Position numbers and translations under genes: made by a program
Notes under the pieces: generated by a model
Databases searched by the model: none
Told to the model about the DNA's origin: nothing
Seen by the model: the letters and a program-made list of their open reading frames with translations, nothing else
Shown here: positions 1 to 9,898 of the stretch, one piece after another
Numbering within the stretch: position 1 is the first letter of the stretch
Layout: each line of letters begins with the position of its first letter
Assembly (NCBI GenBank): GCA_964510945.1
Contig: CAZEED010000002.1
Coordinates: 80,924-144,923, forward strand
DNA: 64,000 nt
DNA from: an uncultured Candidatus Saccharibacteria bacterium
GTDB lineage: Bacteria; Patescibacteriota; Saccharimonadia; Saccharimonadales; JAGQNJ01
Direction of reading: 5' to 3'

Positions 1-2459
1 GCAGATTCATCGGCACCTTCGTAACAGGCTGCAGATTTAGCGGTTATAGTGTCGGCAATGTAGAACCTATACTTCATTAAATCAGTGTTAGTTGTATCCT
101 TGCATTTATCTGGAATATCTTTCATATCTGGCGCGGTAGTGGTCTGTATTTTGCCCGATGTACTTATAGTAGTTTTAAAGCAGTCGTCGCCATATTCATC
201 ATTCATTTCGTTTAGTTTTGCAAAATTATCTTTTTCCATATATTTTGCAATTTCGTAAGGGTTTTCGTAATCATCATTCGTTTGCTCATCAAAGCTAAAG
301 CCATACTCTGGGAAACCGTAATCGTACTCAACGGAAGCTGCTTTTGCCCTACCGCCAAGAATATTACCTAAATTACCAAATATGTTTCCAAAGTTAGAGA
401 TTGGTGATTGAATCGCATATGCGACAGATGATGTTGGGGAGGCAAATCTAGGATTATTAAAGACAGCTGAGGCAAATAGAGAATTTGTTTCTTTAGGATC
501 CAGGTACCGTGCATACAGACTTTTACTCTTCATATCATAGCGTTCTAGTTCTTTACGTGTATTGTCTAACGTAATTTCTTCATTTTCAGTTAACTCACGT
601 CCTCCGATACTCAATGCCTCATCATTGGCATTAAGTCTGTTACCAAAATTAATACAGCTCCCCCATTGCGGTCCATCAGCACATTGCAGAGCAGTTCCAG
701 CGAGAATATAGATTAATGAATCAATCCAATCTGAGAAGAGAAAACCAGCCCCTGCGAAAAGCGCATTAGTTGATAATGAAGCCGCAACCGCAGATGTCCC
801 ACCGGAAAAGCCCGCCGCTATTAAATCTGCTATATCAGCTGGACAAAGCGAAAGAGTATCTGTTCCAATACATAAATTTGTCAAGATGTCGCAGGATCCT
901 TCTCCTAGAGGAACGCCTGCGACACTAATAGAGTTAACAATATTATCGGCAACCTTAAAAAGCAAAGGTTTGTCTTTGCCTGGTTTTGAGCTGGCCGGCA
1001 AATCGGCAGGACTGACCTGTTGTCCGGCATTTACTCCCTCTGTTGCCGTCCTAGGGCCAATTGGTTCGTTGCCTAATTCTGCTTGAATGCTGTCTGATGC
1101 AAAGGCGCTTAATTTGCCAATATCTGTTTCGCCGGAAAACCTAGTGAATAATGCGCCAAGCTCATCTGAATTAACATCTTGGCCGTACTGTATTTGCGCA
1201 CCCATAGCTAGCCCATCAAGTCCCATTCGCATCAGTGGCTGTATGATTTCCGCCATCCTTATATCGTCAATAGTTGCACCTATCTTATCTACGTTACACA
1301 TAAGTTCATACAATCCGACAAAACCAGTCGTGGTTGCCACTGCTGCTAGTAACTTAGCTTTTACGCCAGCAGGGGTATCAGCACTAAACGCATCTGGTGT
1401 ATCTTGACGTAATCTTTGTCTAGAATCGGCATCAAGTTCGTCTTGACTTGGAGCTGGCTTTAGCCTATCCGGAGCATCTACCCCTGTTCTTACACGATCA
1501 TCTTGATGTTGCCTTACACTCCTTGTGTAGTCAAGAATTGACTCGCCTGCTTCTCTGTAGAAGTTTTGTAGTGGGTGAAATCCGCCGGCGTAGCGTTTTT
1601 TGGCTAGTCTGTGGGTGACCGCGCTGACAATGCCATCTTCCCCCCTTGCTATTCTTAGATCATCTGCCATAGTCCTAATACGGGTTCTGCTCCCAATTCC
1701 ACGACTGGCATCTAGTTGCATGTACCTGCCAGTACCCTGACTGCCGTTAACATCAATTTCGCTTGGGACATAACCCTTATCTATCATCTTGTCTAGTGCG
1801 TCTTTAGCCCTAGGATTATCGGTATCAAAAGTAAAACTAGTTAATGATCTGTTGTTATAGTTTGGTTCAATACCGATGCCTCGCATTCGCGTGTCTAATT
1901 TGTCTACGAGCTTATTGCCAATTCTACCCAAGTTATTGTTAATACCCCTACCTCTAGCGTAACGCCATAACTTAGTGAGTCTGCCGTCTTGCATGTTAGT
2001 GTTGCTTTCGTGGTGAAAGTCTTGCATGAGATTTGCCATGTGTAAGAATGCTAAAGGACCGCTAGACACCATCAGTATGCCGGCGATGCTACCTAGACCC
2101 AGTATGCCAGCAACACCACCGGCGGCTTGTTTGCCTGTAATCTTAAAACGAAATCTTTTTTTGTTAGGGTTGTCTTTATCGTTAAAAAGGCTTGGTTCAT
2201 CGTCATTGTCGTTTGAGCTGGAAGTGGTCTTACTATCTAGCAAACTCTTTTCGTCTTTACCGGCTTTATGAGCCGAACCGTCATAGCCTAATTTTTCGCG
2301 CCTTGCAATATCATCCGCTGCTCCATTATGCGCATTACGATCCATGGAGTCTTCTTCATCTTTGTGAATACCCATTAATTCTCGGATCTTATCATCAGAG
2401 GTATTATTTTCACCAGTTAGACTATTATCTTCGGTTTTCTCTGGATCGTATACAGACAT
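1..2459 (-). CDS. Large membrane-anchored protein, N-terminal ~819 codons (the 3-prime end runs off the window start); first visible gene of the T4SS-like cluster
   Basis: Manual minus-strand translation from ATG at 2459-2457 (MSVYDPEKTEDNSLTGENNTSDDKIRELMG...) showed no stop in the parts checked. It is absent from the ORF track, presumably because no stop lies in the window. One hydrophobic segment (AAGGVAGILGLGSIAGILMVSSGPLAFL) follows an acidic N-terminus. No catalytic motif recognised. Confidence 0.6.
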   Translation of the reverse strand, partial: MSVYDPEKTEDNSLTGENNTSDDKIRELMGIHKDEEDSMDRNAHNGAADDIARREKLGYDGSAHKAGKDEKSLLDSKTTSSSNDNDDEPSLFNDKDNPNKKRFRFKITGKQAAGGVAGILGLGSIAGILMVSSGPLAFLHMANLMQDFHHESNTNMQDGRLTKLWRYARGRGINNNLGRIGNKLVDKLDTRMRGIGIEPNYNNRSLTSFTFDTDNPRAKDALDKMIDKGYVPSEIDVNGSQGTGRYMQLDASRGIGSRTRIRTMADDLRIARGEDGIVSAVTHRLAKKRYAGGFHPLQNFYREAGESILDYTRSVRQHQDDRVRTGVDAPDRLKPAPSQDELDADSRQRLRQDTPDAFSADTPAGVKAKLLAAVATTTGFVGLYELMCNVDKIGATIDDIRMAEIIQPLMRMGLDGLAMGAQIQYGQDVNSDELGALFTRFSGETDIGKLSAFASDSIQAELGNEPIGPRTATEGVNAGQQVSPADLPASSKPGKDKPLLFKVADNIVNSISVAGVPLGEGSCDILTNLCIGTDTLSLCPADIADLIAAGFSGGTSAVAASLSTNALFAGAGFLFSDWIDSLIYILAGTALQCADGPQWGSCINFGNRLNANDEALSIGGRELTENEEITLDNTRKELERYDMKSKSLYARYLDPKETNSLFASAVFNNPRFASPTSSVAYAIQSPISNFGNIFGNLGNILGGRAKAASVEYDYGFPEYGFSFDEQTNDDYENPYEIAKYMEKDNFAKLNEMNDEYGDDCFKTTISTSGKIQTTTAPDMKDIPDKCKDTTNTDLMKYRFYIADTITAKSAACYEGADES

Positions 2460-2508
2460 TTATTATTGGTTACCCTCGTTGTGAGCTTTTTCTACACATC
2501 TATTTATA

Positions 2509-4437
2509 TTATATCGCAGGTGGAGTACTTGTACTGCTTAAGTTGATGCTACCCTGCCCACTAGCGATTGTTCCTTTGGCATTAATCTCCTCAATCTGCT
2601 CTGGATTGGTGGTGATTAGGCTGGTTTCGGTATCACTGGCGGTAATCTGGATATGAACATGGTTTTGCCCAGCAAAGAAAAGGCCTTGCCCAATCGGGAA
2701 TTGACTTAATCGTTTTGCTTCGTTTTCTGTTAGCTTAAAGACATCGGCTAGCATGTCGACCGCCGAAGGTGATTGTTTTAGTAACAGTTGTAGTGAGGCG
2801 TTGGCTACAATTGCCCTGCCTAGTCGGCTACCAATAAAGTCTTCGACATCTTGAGTAATAGTAGTTATGCCGAGGTTATATTTTCGGGCTCGTTTAGCCA
2901 GAGAGAACATAAAGTTCGCGGAATCTTCGTAACGCATGATTTGCCAAGCCTCATCAATAATCAAAATGCGCTTTTTCTTGTCAGATTTAGTGACGTTCCA
3001 AATATGGTTAAGGACGATATACATCGCCACGGGTCGGAGTTCGTCTTCTAGATCGCGAACGTTAAAGACCACCATTTGGTTTTTCATCTCGATATTTGAT
3101 TGTTGTGAGAATATGCCAGCAAAAGTACCGCTCGTATATTTGCGCAGTCTTTGGGCTAGCTGTGGCCCTGTTCCGCCCATGTGCAGTAAGGTGTCGTACA
3201 GATCTGTTATAGTTGGCGGGATAGAATTGTGAGTCAACGGGTCTTGGGTTATTCCGGCTTTGGCATACGTCTCTATTAAGGCGGCGTCTAGATCGGCTTC
3301 TTCTACTGGTGATAATGCTGGGGCCGATACTCCGCCACTGGCCTGCGAGGCTAACATTTGAGCCTGCGCACCGCCCATCATTAGACGAAGCAGACCGTGC
3401 AAAGTTATCAGGTTGCTCCGCAGGGCGTTGTCGGCTTCGTCCACATCAATTACTTTAGGCAAATCAAAGGGGTTAATTCTAGTGTTAGAGTTAAGGCTTA
3501 GTCGGACGTATGCCCCCGCTACAGCTTCACACATACGTTGGTATTCATTTTCGGGATCGACGATAACAACTTCAGTACCAAACATCATGGAACGCAGAGC
3601 CTCGAGCTTTACAGCAAAGGATTTACCGGCACCCGATTTAGCAAAAACCACAGCATTGCCATTTTCTAAACTGAAGCGGTCGAATATCACTAGGCCCGAA
3701 TTATGCATATTAATGCCATAGAGTACGCCATCATCTTGGCTAAGGTCGGCACTTGTGAACGGGAAGCTAGTACTGGCGGCACCAGTACTCATGTTCCGCC
3801 TAATCTCTAATTGGTCGGTAAACTGCGGAACGGTGCTAGCGAGGGCCTGCTCTTGTTGTGAGGTAGCTGGCTTTGAGTATACTAACTGTTGCCCAAGCAT
3901 AGATTCAACTTTATGAGCGACGTATTCTAGCTCATCTAGGCTGTTACCATAAAGAGTAAAATAAAAACCAATTCTAAAAAATCTTTCTTCGCCGACTTGT
4001 AATTTGTCGCGGATTTCTTCAGCATCAATAATTGAAGCTTGTTTGCCTGGGTCTCGGACTCGGCCTTTTTCTTCGTCAATTTGGATTCCGGCCTCCATTT
4101 GCGATACTTTTTTGCGTAAGCTCTCTAATACTAGACGACTTTCAACTGGGTAAATAAACATCGAAATATCAACAATCTCATCAAGGTTGATTAGTCCACT
4201 AGTCCAACCGGTAGTTAGTGACCTCGGATAACCAAAGACGTAATATGTGCGGGCAAACCGACTGCCTATTTGAAAATGTGTACTACTGAGCTCTATCGAG
4301 CTAGGTGCAATAAAGTCACGGAGCGCCGTTACACCTTTGCGATAGATTTCGCCGACTTCTTGTTCTTCTCGACGACGTTGAGCCTCGGCCAGTTCTTTTG
4401 GATCAGTTATTGCCTTTTTCCCTCCAAATAAACCCAT
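2509..4437 (-). CDS. virB4: VirB4/TrbE/PrgJ-family type IV secretion ATPase
   Basis: 642 aa. Walker A is VVFAKSGAGKSFAVKLE, Walker B is RILIIDEAWQIM, followed by LGITTITQDVEDF. The N-terminal part (DFIAPSSIELSSTHFQIGSRFARTYYVFGYPRSLTTGW) matches the VirB4 middle-domain pattern recalled from Gram-positive systems. Confidence 0.9.
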   Translation of the reverse strand: MGLFGGKKAITDPKELAEAQRRREEQEVGEIYRKGVTALRDFIAPSSIELSSTHFQIGSRFARTYYVFGYPRSLTTGWTSGLINLDEIVDISMFIYPVESRLVLESLRKKVSQMEAGIQIDEEKGRVRDPGKQASIIDAEEIRDKLQVGEERFFRIGFYFTLYGNSLDELEYVAHKVESMLGQQLVYSKPATSQQEQALASTVPQFTDQLEIRRNMSTGAASTSFPFTSADLSQDDGVLYGINMHNSGLVIFDRFSLENGNAVVFAKSGAGKSFAVKLEALRSMMFGTEVVIVDPENEYQRMCEAVAGAYVRLSLNSNTRINPFDLPKVIDVDEADNALRSNLITLHGLLRLMMGGAQAQMLASQASGGVSAPALSPVEEADLDAALIETYAKAGITQDPLTHNSIPPTITDLYDTLLHMGGTGPQLAQRLRKYTSGTFAGIFSQQSNIEMKNQMVVFNVRDLEDELRPVAMYIVLNHIWNVTKSDKKKRILIIDEAWQIMRYEDSANFMFSLAKRARKYNLGITTITQDVEDFIGSRLGRAIVANASLQLLLKQSPSAVDMLADVFKLTENEAKRLSQFPIGQGLFFAGQNHVHIQITASDTETSLITTNPEQIEEINAKGTIASGQGSINLSSTSTPPAI

Positions 4438-4439
4438 AA

Positions 4440-5297
4440 TTAGATCCCCCCATCAATCGATGGTTTTGGCGCATGACCCTGACCTTTTACAATTACGGGT
4501 GCGGAGACATCATCGAAATTGTGAAGTTGTTGTCTGGTGGCGGTGTCAGGATTGTAAAAGTCATAGTACAGCTCGATTAATTCTTGGGTATCAAGAGGTA
4601 CAGCCTGAACGCCACATTGTTGTAGACCACCTATGACAGCTTGGATTCGGTTACGCAACTCGTCTTTTGCTTCACCAAGGACTTGCTCGGTTACTGTTAC
4701 TTGTGGTTGTTTAGACTTCAACATCCCAGATAATCCACTGAAAAAGTTTTTACTTTGAGTTATAGCCTTCTTTACAGAGACATTTGAGAAAAACGGCACC
4801 ACAATATAAAAATACTTGTCCATAATGTTAGATTCGGTTGAGAGATCTGTGATGAAGTCGATGTAATCGTCCATCAGTATGCCTAGCAACATATTGTCTT
4901 CTTGACTACGAGTCTTTGCCAGCTTGTCTAGGTATGGCCTGATGTCTACTTTTTGTGAGCGGATAAAGATTTGAATATCAAAATATAGTGAGTTTAAAAA
5001 CGCTTGATAACCGGCCTCGACCGACTCTTGTTCTTGGGCGCTCATTAGATCAAAGTTGATACTCTTTGCCATTACTACTGATCTGAACGATCCGTCGCTC
5101 ATGATTACGATGCCGTCACGGATTTCAGCAATTTGTAACATGTTTTGGGTACTAGTTCTGTTGATTTTGACTTCTGCATTTTTTTGAGGAGTGGCTGGGG
5201 GTTTATTAGGCGTGTTGGTAGGCTGTATTGTGCCCGGCTGAGGCGCCGACGGTGCTTGCTTTACTTGTTGTGGTTGTTGATTAGATTTAGGATTCAT
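4440..5297 (-). CDS. Protein resembling the N-terminal domain of Gram-positive VirB4 ATPases, encoded separately 2 nt upstream of virB4; P/Q-rich N-terminus
   Basis: 285 aa. The segments IAEIRDGIVIMSDGSFRSVVMAKSINFDLMSAQEQESVEAGYQAFLNSLYFDIQIFIRSQKVDIRPYL and LDTQELIELYYDFYNP fit the VirB4 N-domain pattern from memory. The TAA stop at 4442-4440 lies 2 nt before the virB4 ATG. A G-rich SD-like GGGGGGA sits upstream of that ATG. Confidence 0.55.
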   Translation of the reverse strand: MNPKSNQQPQQVKQAPSAPQPGTIQPTNTPNKPPATPQKNAEVKINRTSTQNMLQIAEIRDGIVIMSDGSFRSVVMAKSINFDLMSAQEQESVEAGYQAFLNSLYFDIQIFIRSQKVDIRPYLDKLAKTRSQEDNMLLGILMDDYIDFITDLSTESNIMDKYFYIVVPFFSNVSVKKAITQSKNFFSGLSGMLKSKQPQVTVTEQVLGEAKDELRNRIQAVIGGLQQCGVQAVPLDTQELIELYYDFYNPDTATRQQLHNFDDVSAPVIVKGQGHAPKPSIDGGI

Positions 5298-5441
5298 CCC
5301 GTAGCGACCTTATGTGTTTTTATATAATTTGAGGGCATATTGTAACTAATACTCTTGGAAGTATGTTGATCAGTTTTTGTATTTTGTTGAGTTTTATCGG
5401 GATTCATTAGCTTGCCCACCAATAGGCGATTTTTAGTGTTA

Positions 5442-6413
5442 CTAATGAAGAGATATTACTACTTCATCATCTGTATCACCGTCACTTACTTCAGAGTCTT
5501 GTGTTATGTTAATCTCCGAAGAAAGCTTACGCTTATTAACACCGTTAAGTATATCAGTATTTGCCTGTGGTGTCATAGGTTGTTTTGTATTGGTTGTTGA
5601 TGATGAGCTAGGCCTAGGGTTTAGGGGTTTAGAAATCGGGATTGTTGGTTGTGGGGTACTAGATTTTAAGATGATTTGTGGCGACGGCGTGGTGTTTTTT
5701 GGCTTAATAGTATTAGGCAAACTCGGAGCTACGATAGTAGGTGTAACCGGTTGACTATATTGTTCGGCCACACTTTGTATATTAGCCAATAGTTCTTGTC
5801 TGTGGATAAGCTCGGACTCATCTACCATATCTGTTAGATTGGCTGCTAGTGGATTGCTGGTCGAGGTATCCAGTACATCTGAGGCAGGCTTAATGGCGGT
5901 TAGGACCTCGTCGTCGGGCGTTTTTTGGATTGGCAGTAATCTTTCAGGGTTATCATTATTAATAAAACTTCTATTACCGGGGTTAACATTTTTTACAATC
6001 CAGCCTCGGGTATCCATTGTGGAGGCGAGGGTTTTTAGACGGCTTTTTACTTCGGATTTGCTAAGTCCGTCTGAATAGTGATGTTCTATCTTTTTTGGTA
6101 CCGTGATGGTGACCAAATGTTCAATGCCCTCTTGATCCCAGATGCGTTTTTTTGTAAAGAAAAAGAACCGTACTTTAGCGAGTAACCATATTTCTGATGA
6201 TTGATCGCGACCAAATGGGGCAGCAAGTAGCAAGAAAAAGATTAACGGTGGCAATAATGGAATTACAAGAAACCAAGCTTTAGTAGATACTAGCCGAAAA
6301 TCAATAAACCCAATAGCAACTACGATAGATGCATAAATAAACTGACGCAAAGTAAAAGGACCTAGCAGTTTGTCCTCTGCCTCTATATCCTGGATTACTT
6401 TATACTCTGCCAT
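5442..6413 (-). CDS. PrgI-family (VirB3-like) T4SS membrane protein with a P/S/T-rich C-terminal tail
   Basis: The N-terminus MAEYKVIQDIEAEDKLLGPFTLRQFIYASIVVAIGF followed by two hydrophobic helices is the characteristic PrgI-family start. Position immediately upstream of the VirB4 genes supports the call. Confidence 0.6.
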   Translation of the reverse strand: MAEYKVIQDIEAEDKLLGPFTLRQFIYASIVVAIGFIDFRLVSTKAWFLVIPLLPPLIFFLLLAAPFGRDQSSEIWLLAKVRFFFFTKKRIWDQEGIEHLVTITVPKKIEHHYSDGLSKSEVKSRLKTLASTMDTRGWIVKNVNPGNRSFINNDNPERLLPIQKTPDDEVLTAIKPASDVLDTSTSNPLAANLTDMVDESELIHRQELLANIQSVAEQYSQPVTPTIVAPSLPNTIKPKNTTPSPQIILKSSTPQPTIPISKPLNPRPSSSSTTNTKQPMTPQANTDILNGVNKRKLSSEINITQDSEVSDGDTDDEVVISLH

Positions 6414-6486
6414 ACTTACATATTAGCAAAAGCGGAATAATTTTGTTTAGGAAAAACCAAGCCTCTAATATTAAAACTCAATTAAG

Positions 6487-7818
6487 TTAATTATTGCTCG
6501 TGTTGTTTGAGTCGATTCTGTATGCCCTGTTTCCCACCCAACGAAATTGTGGGTTTACATCTGGAGTTGTTGGCGTTCTTTCTAGTTTTTTGACGATTCT
6601 GCGAGGCATAGCTGCTTTTGCTTCCGCTTTTTTACGAGCTAAGTCTGCATCAAACTTTGCATCCTCAAGGTGCGCTTCATTCCATACTTTACTTATATCT
6701 TCATCTGGGAAGCGATCTCTGTCTTCTAGATGAGCCTCATCCCAGACCTTACTTATTTGCCTATTAGCCTTACGTTTTGCTCGCTCTTTTACTTCTCTGT
6801 CATGTAGTTCAGACTGTCTTTTAGCCTCAACTGACTTTTCTCGGTGTTTTCGGGCTTTTTCTCGTGCCTTTGCACTATCTGATCCATATAAACCACCAGA
6901 CTCATGAAGGATTTGGCCGGCTTTTTTGGTAACAAGTTCTTCAACTCCAACTACCCGTGTTCTATTTCTTTCTGTTGTTCCGGCTTTTGCTACTTGCTGT
7001 ACTATTCTGTCGCCATGTCTGTTTGTTCTTGTAACAAAACCACTAGATTTTGTAGCCTTTATATGAAGCTGTTTTCTCTCCATATCTTCTCTGCTAATTG
7101 CACCGCTACGGTATTGTTCTCTAACTTCACTGAGACGTTCGCGCTGTCGCAACCACGGTTTAATCCCTGCCGTCTGGTTAGAGCTTTTACCTGATTTACT
7201 CTTGAGCACACGTTGTCCACCTAGCTTTCTAGCACGTCTATAAGCTCTATTTTCAATAAATTCTTCAAATTTACTATTTGCAGGTACTGCTTCGACAGTC
7301 TTTCTTCCATCAACTTCTATCACATCAGCAATTCCTTGCGCTTCAACTTCATCAACACCAATTACTTTAGCAATTAGTAACCCGCCTAATTGACGGTAAA
7401 ATTTTGATCTATGTTTGTCTTTTTCAGATTTATCAGTAGATTCTATGGCTTTTCTCTCGGATTTTAACTCTCGCCAAGCGCTAGCATCACGTTTAGCTTC
7501 AGCTCTCTTGTCGCCATAGTCTGACCAGCTTTCGCTGGTTTTTTCTCTAACGGTACTGAATATTCGTTTTATACCACCTATGGCTGTACGACCCGCATCG
7601 ATACTGTGTCCGATTAAATCCTCTGATTTATCCTTAGTCCACTCGCTTGCGGTTGCGGCTACTTGACCGGCACGCTCCAGAAATCTGTCATCGGCTTCAG
7701 TATAAAATGCAGAAGCAGTGCGTACTCTGTCGCCAAAGCTCTGATTAGTCTCGTCTTGTGGACGAGGTTGTTGTAGTTCTTCCAGGGGTGGTGTTTGTTT
7801 TGGCGGAAGTTCCGACAT
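6487..7818 (-). CDS. Hypothetical highly charged (K/R/E-rich) protein in the T4SS-like operon
   Basis: 443-aa ORF with an ATG start. Carries an internal tandem motif ISKVW[DN]EAHLED x2 near the C-terminus. No recognisable domain. Confidence 0.6.
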   Translation of the reverse strand: MSELPPKQTPPLEELQQPRPQDETNQSFGDRVRTASAFYTEADDRFLERAGQVAATASEWTKDKSEDLIGHSIDAGRTAIGGIKRIFSTVREKTSESWSDYGDKRAEAKRDASAWRELKSERKAIESTDKSEKDKHRSKFYRQLGGLLIAKVIGVDEVEAQGIADVIEVDGRKTVEAVPANSKFEEFIENRAYRRARKLGGQRVLKSKSGKSSNQTAGIKPWLRQRERLSEVREQYRSGAISREDMERKQLHIKATKSSGFVTRTNRHGDRIVQQVAKAGTTERNRTRVVGVEELVTKKAGQILHESGGLYGSDSAKAREKARKHREKSVEAKRQSELHDREVKERAKRKANRQISKVWDEAHLEDRDRFPDEDISKVWNEAHLEDAKFDADLARKKAEAKAAMPRRIVKKLERTPTTPDVNPQFRWVGNRAYRIDSNNTSNN

Positions 7819-7909
7819 GAGTGTATATTAACACAAGCTTTATCTATAGTCAATAGCATGATATAGGTTCAATATCTTGTATTAAACCTCACCAAATAAC
7901 GCTGTAATT

Positions 7910-9712
7910 TTATCGATTCTCTTCTTCTGGTGCCCGATAAGTTCTTGCTTCTGAATGCGCGACATCAGACCAAGTTTCAGCCCTGGTGACTCGCCTAACT
8001 CCCCTTGTTCTATCGATAGGATCCGACCAAGATGCTGCGTACCTTGGGTCAGCTGCTGCCCTTGCTGAATTGTATTTCTCATCGTAAGTTACAGTTGCAG
8101 GTAGGCCGGTTGTAGGATCAATTCTACCGGTTGCAGTTGCCATGTAAGCTTCTAGCTCGCCAGGACCACCGCCTGGAGGCCTTCCATGAGCATCTAAAGC
8201 CTCTCTTTGGGCGATAAGAGCATCTCGTGTGGCCCCTGTGGAGTTAGGAATCATTGCGTCTAGTTCTTGACGAAATACAGCAGCTTGGTGCAGAGCATCT
8301 GGGTCTCCAGTAGCCATGCGATCAATAATCTCTTCACCCATTCCTTGAATTGTGGAAGGTTGAGCATTAGCGAGTTGATACAATGATGCTTTTTCGCCAC
8401 CTTCGGTTGCTGTTCCGGCTCCAAGATCGAAACGCCCAGCACCCCTGGCATGATACTGAAATGCTCCAAGCGCTTCTGCAGCTTTACTATCATTACCATC
8501 GGCTAGCCTGCTAGCACCAGCCGCTACTAAGCCATTAGCCCCCGCACCAAGCGAACGGGCTTTATTCTGAGCAAGACCGTTAAACGCGGCTGCTGCGTTG
8601 GTCTTTGTCACACCTACGGCACGTGCAGCTGCAGTAGCTTGTGAGACTCTAGCATCAGCTTGCGCAAGAGCGTCAGCGTGAGATGCCCCCTTGGCTCGTT
8701 GCTGTTCATACCAGTGATTTCTAAGTTCTGCTTGTGCTTGTTTCATTCCTTCGCTTGTACCTCCACTTAAACCGAGTAATGCAGTTGCATCATCATTATT
8801 TAGCATCATAGATTGCAATTCAGGGTTCTTGGCTGCTTCTGTTTCTGCAACCTGCTTCTTAAGTTTAACAGCTTCTCGACCTCGTTTTCCAAGCCCAAAT
8901 CTATTGGTTGCCCCAACGCCTAAACCTGCACCGATTCTGTTAACCCTTCGTCCCAGAGCTGTTCGTTCTTTCATATTGCCGCCCATGAAATTCTGACCGC
9001 GTTCTGCCCATTTTTTCTTTTGGCGGTTTTTGCCCATACCTTGGGCCCAGTTTTGGGCACCGGCACCACGTTGCGCTATTGCGCCACCCATGGCTGCGAA
9101 GGCACTACCAGCAAGCGAAAAGGTTTTTGGGATAAGAAGTAATGGCACAAAAAATCCTGCCAGTACAATAGTAGTCTTTACGATGTCTCCGTTAGGATCG
9201 TGCCCTGCGATAAAGGCAAATATTCTGCCCGCGGCAATCATTGCCATAATCAGCGGGAACATCAGCAGGAGTTTGGTAAAGTTGTCCCACCACATCTTCC
9301 AAAACCGCTCGGTATTGGGTAAGATCCAGGCGACGAGTGCTATTGGCGAGAGAAGTACTAATAGAATCAGTAGGGCTCGCCGCACAGCAAGACTCAAAAA
9401 AGCCACTAATACAGCTATTACCACAAAAGCAGCGATTGCTAGTACTCCACCACCAAAGGCTACACCTACGGTTGCAAATAACAGGGTTGTACCGAGTGTT
9501 GTGGCACTAGAGCTTGATGATCCAGCCAGCAGAGAATCTAGGCCAAAATTCGCCGATCCTCCAAATGCTCCGTACATTAAACCTTCAATACCAAAGGCTA
9601 TCTGGTTAGTGATAAAAATAGCACCGGTTGTAATAAACCACGATAATTGGATCAGAATAACAGCAATAGCTAGTCGTGGTAGAACCTTCTTTACCGTATA
9701 AGCATCAAACAT
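7910..9712 (-). CDS. Polytopic membrane protein, VirB6/TrbL-like candidate, with a long Ala/Gly-rich soluble C-terminal half
   Basis: 600 aa. The first ~230 aa contain about 6 hydrophobic helices. Operon context with VirB4 and PrgI-like genes. No sequence motif is diagnostic by eye. Confidence 0.5.
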   Translation of the reverse strand: MFDAYTVKKVLPRLAIAVILIQLSWFITTGAIFITNQIAFGIEGLMYGAFGGSANFGLDSLLAGSSSSSATTLGTTLLFATVGVAFGGGVLAIAAFVVIAVLVAFLSLAVRRALLILLVLLSPIALVAWILPNTERFWKMWWDNFTKLLLMFPLIMAMIAAGRIFAFIAGHDPNGDIVKTTIVLAGFFVPLLLIPKTFSLAGSAFAAMGGAIAQRGAGAQNWAQGMGKNRQKKKWAERGQNFMGGNMKERTALGRRVNRIGAGLGVGATNRFGLGKRGREAVKLKKQVAETEAAKNPELQSMMLNNDDATALLGLSGGTSEGMKQAQAELRNHWYEQQRAKGASHADALAQADARVSQATAAARAVGVTKTNAAAAFNGLAQNKARSLGAGANGLVAAGASRLADGNDSKAAEALGAFQYHARGAGRFDLGAGTATEGGEKASLYQLANAQPSTIQGMGEEIIDRMATGDPDALHQAAVFRQELDAMIPNSTGATRDALIAQREALDAHGRPPGGGPGELEAYMATATGRIDPTTGLPATVTYDEKYNSARAAADPRYAASWSDPIDRTRGVRRVTRAETWSDVAHSEARTYRAPEEENR

Positions 9713-9898
9713 ACTATTCCTTACTTACTGCTTGTCCTATTATCATAACTAGTCCGATAACCACAAGCAATACACTAGCTATATTCCTAAAGTAAGACCA
9801 AGCCTCCTTCAACCCATCATCATTAATCTCTGCCCTACCCACCTGCAACATATCAGCTATAGCATTAACCATAGAATCTACAGAAGAGTCGACGATAC
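9711..9898. repeat. 188-bp direct repeat, copy 1 (3-prime end of paralog A plus its stop and flank)
   Basis: Aligned by eye with 10555-10742. One mismatch (A at 9885 versus G at 10729). Similarity drops sharply beyond 9898. Confidence 0.9.

Noticed and set aside
9030-9701. A 223-aa plus-strand ORF inside the VirB6-like gene, and similar long antisense ORFs at 2192-2656, 10997-11395, 22637-22999, 37402-37767, 40890-41243, 50065-50433 and 52792-53163.
   Set aside because: Each lies fully inside a longer opposite-strand gene with recognisable motifs or operon context, and their products have low-complexity, odd compositions. These are shadow ORFs.
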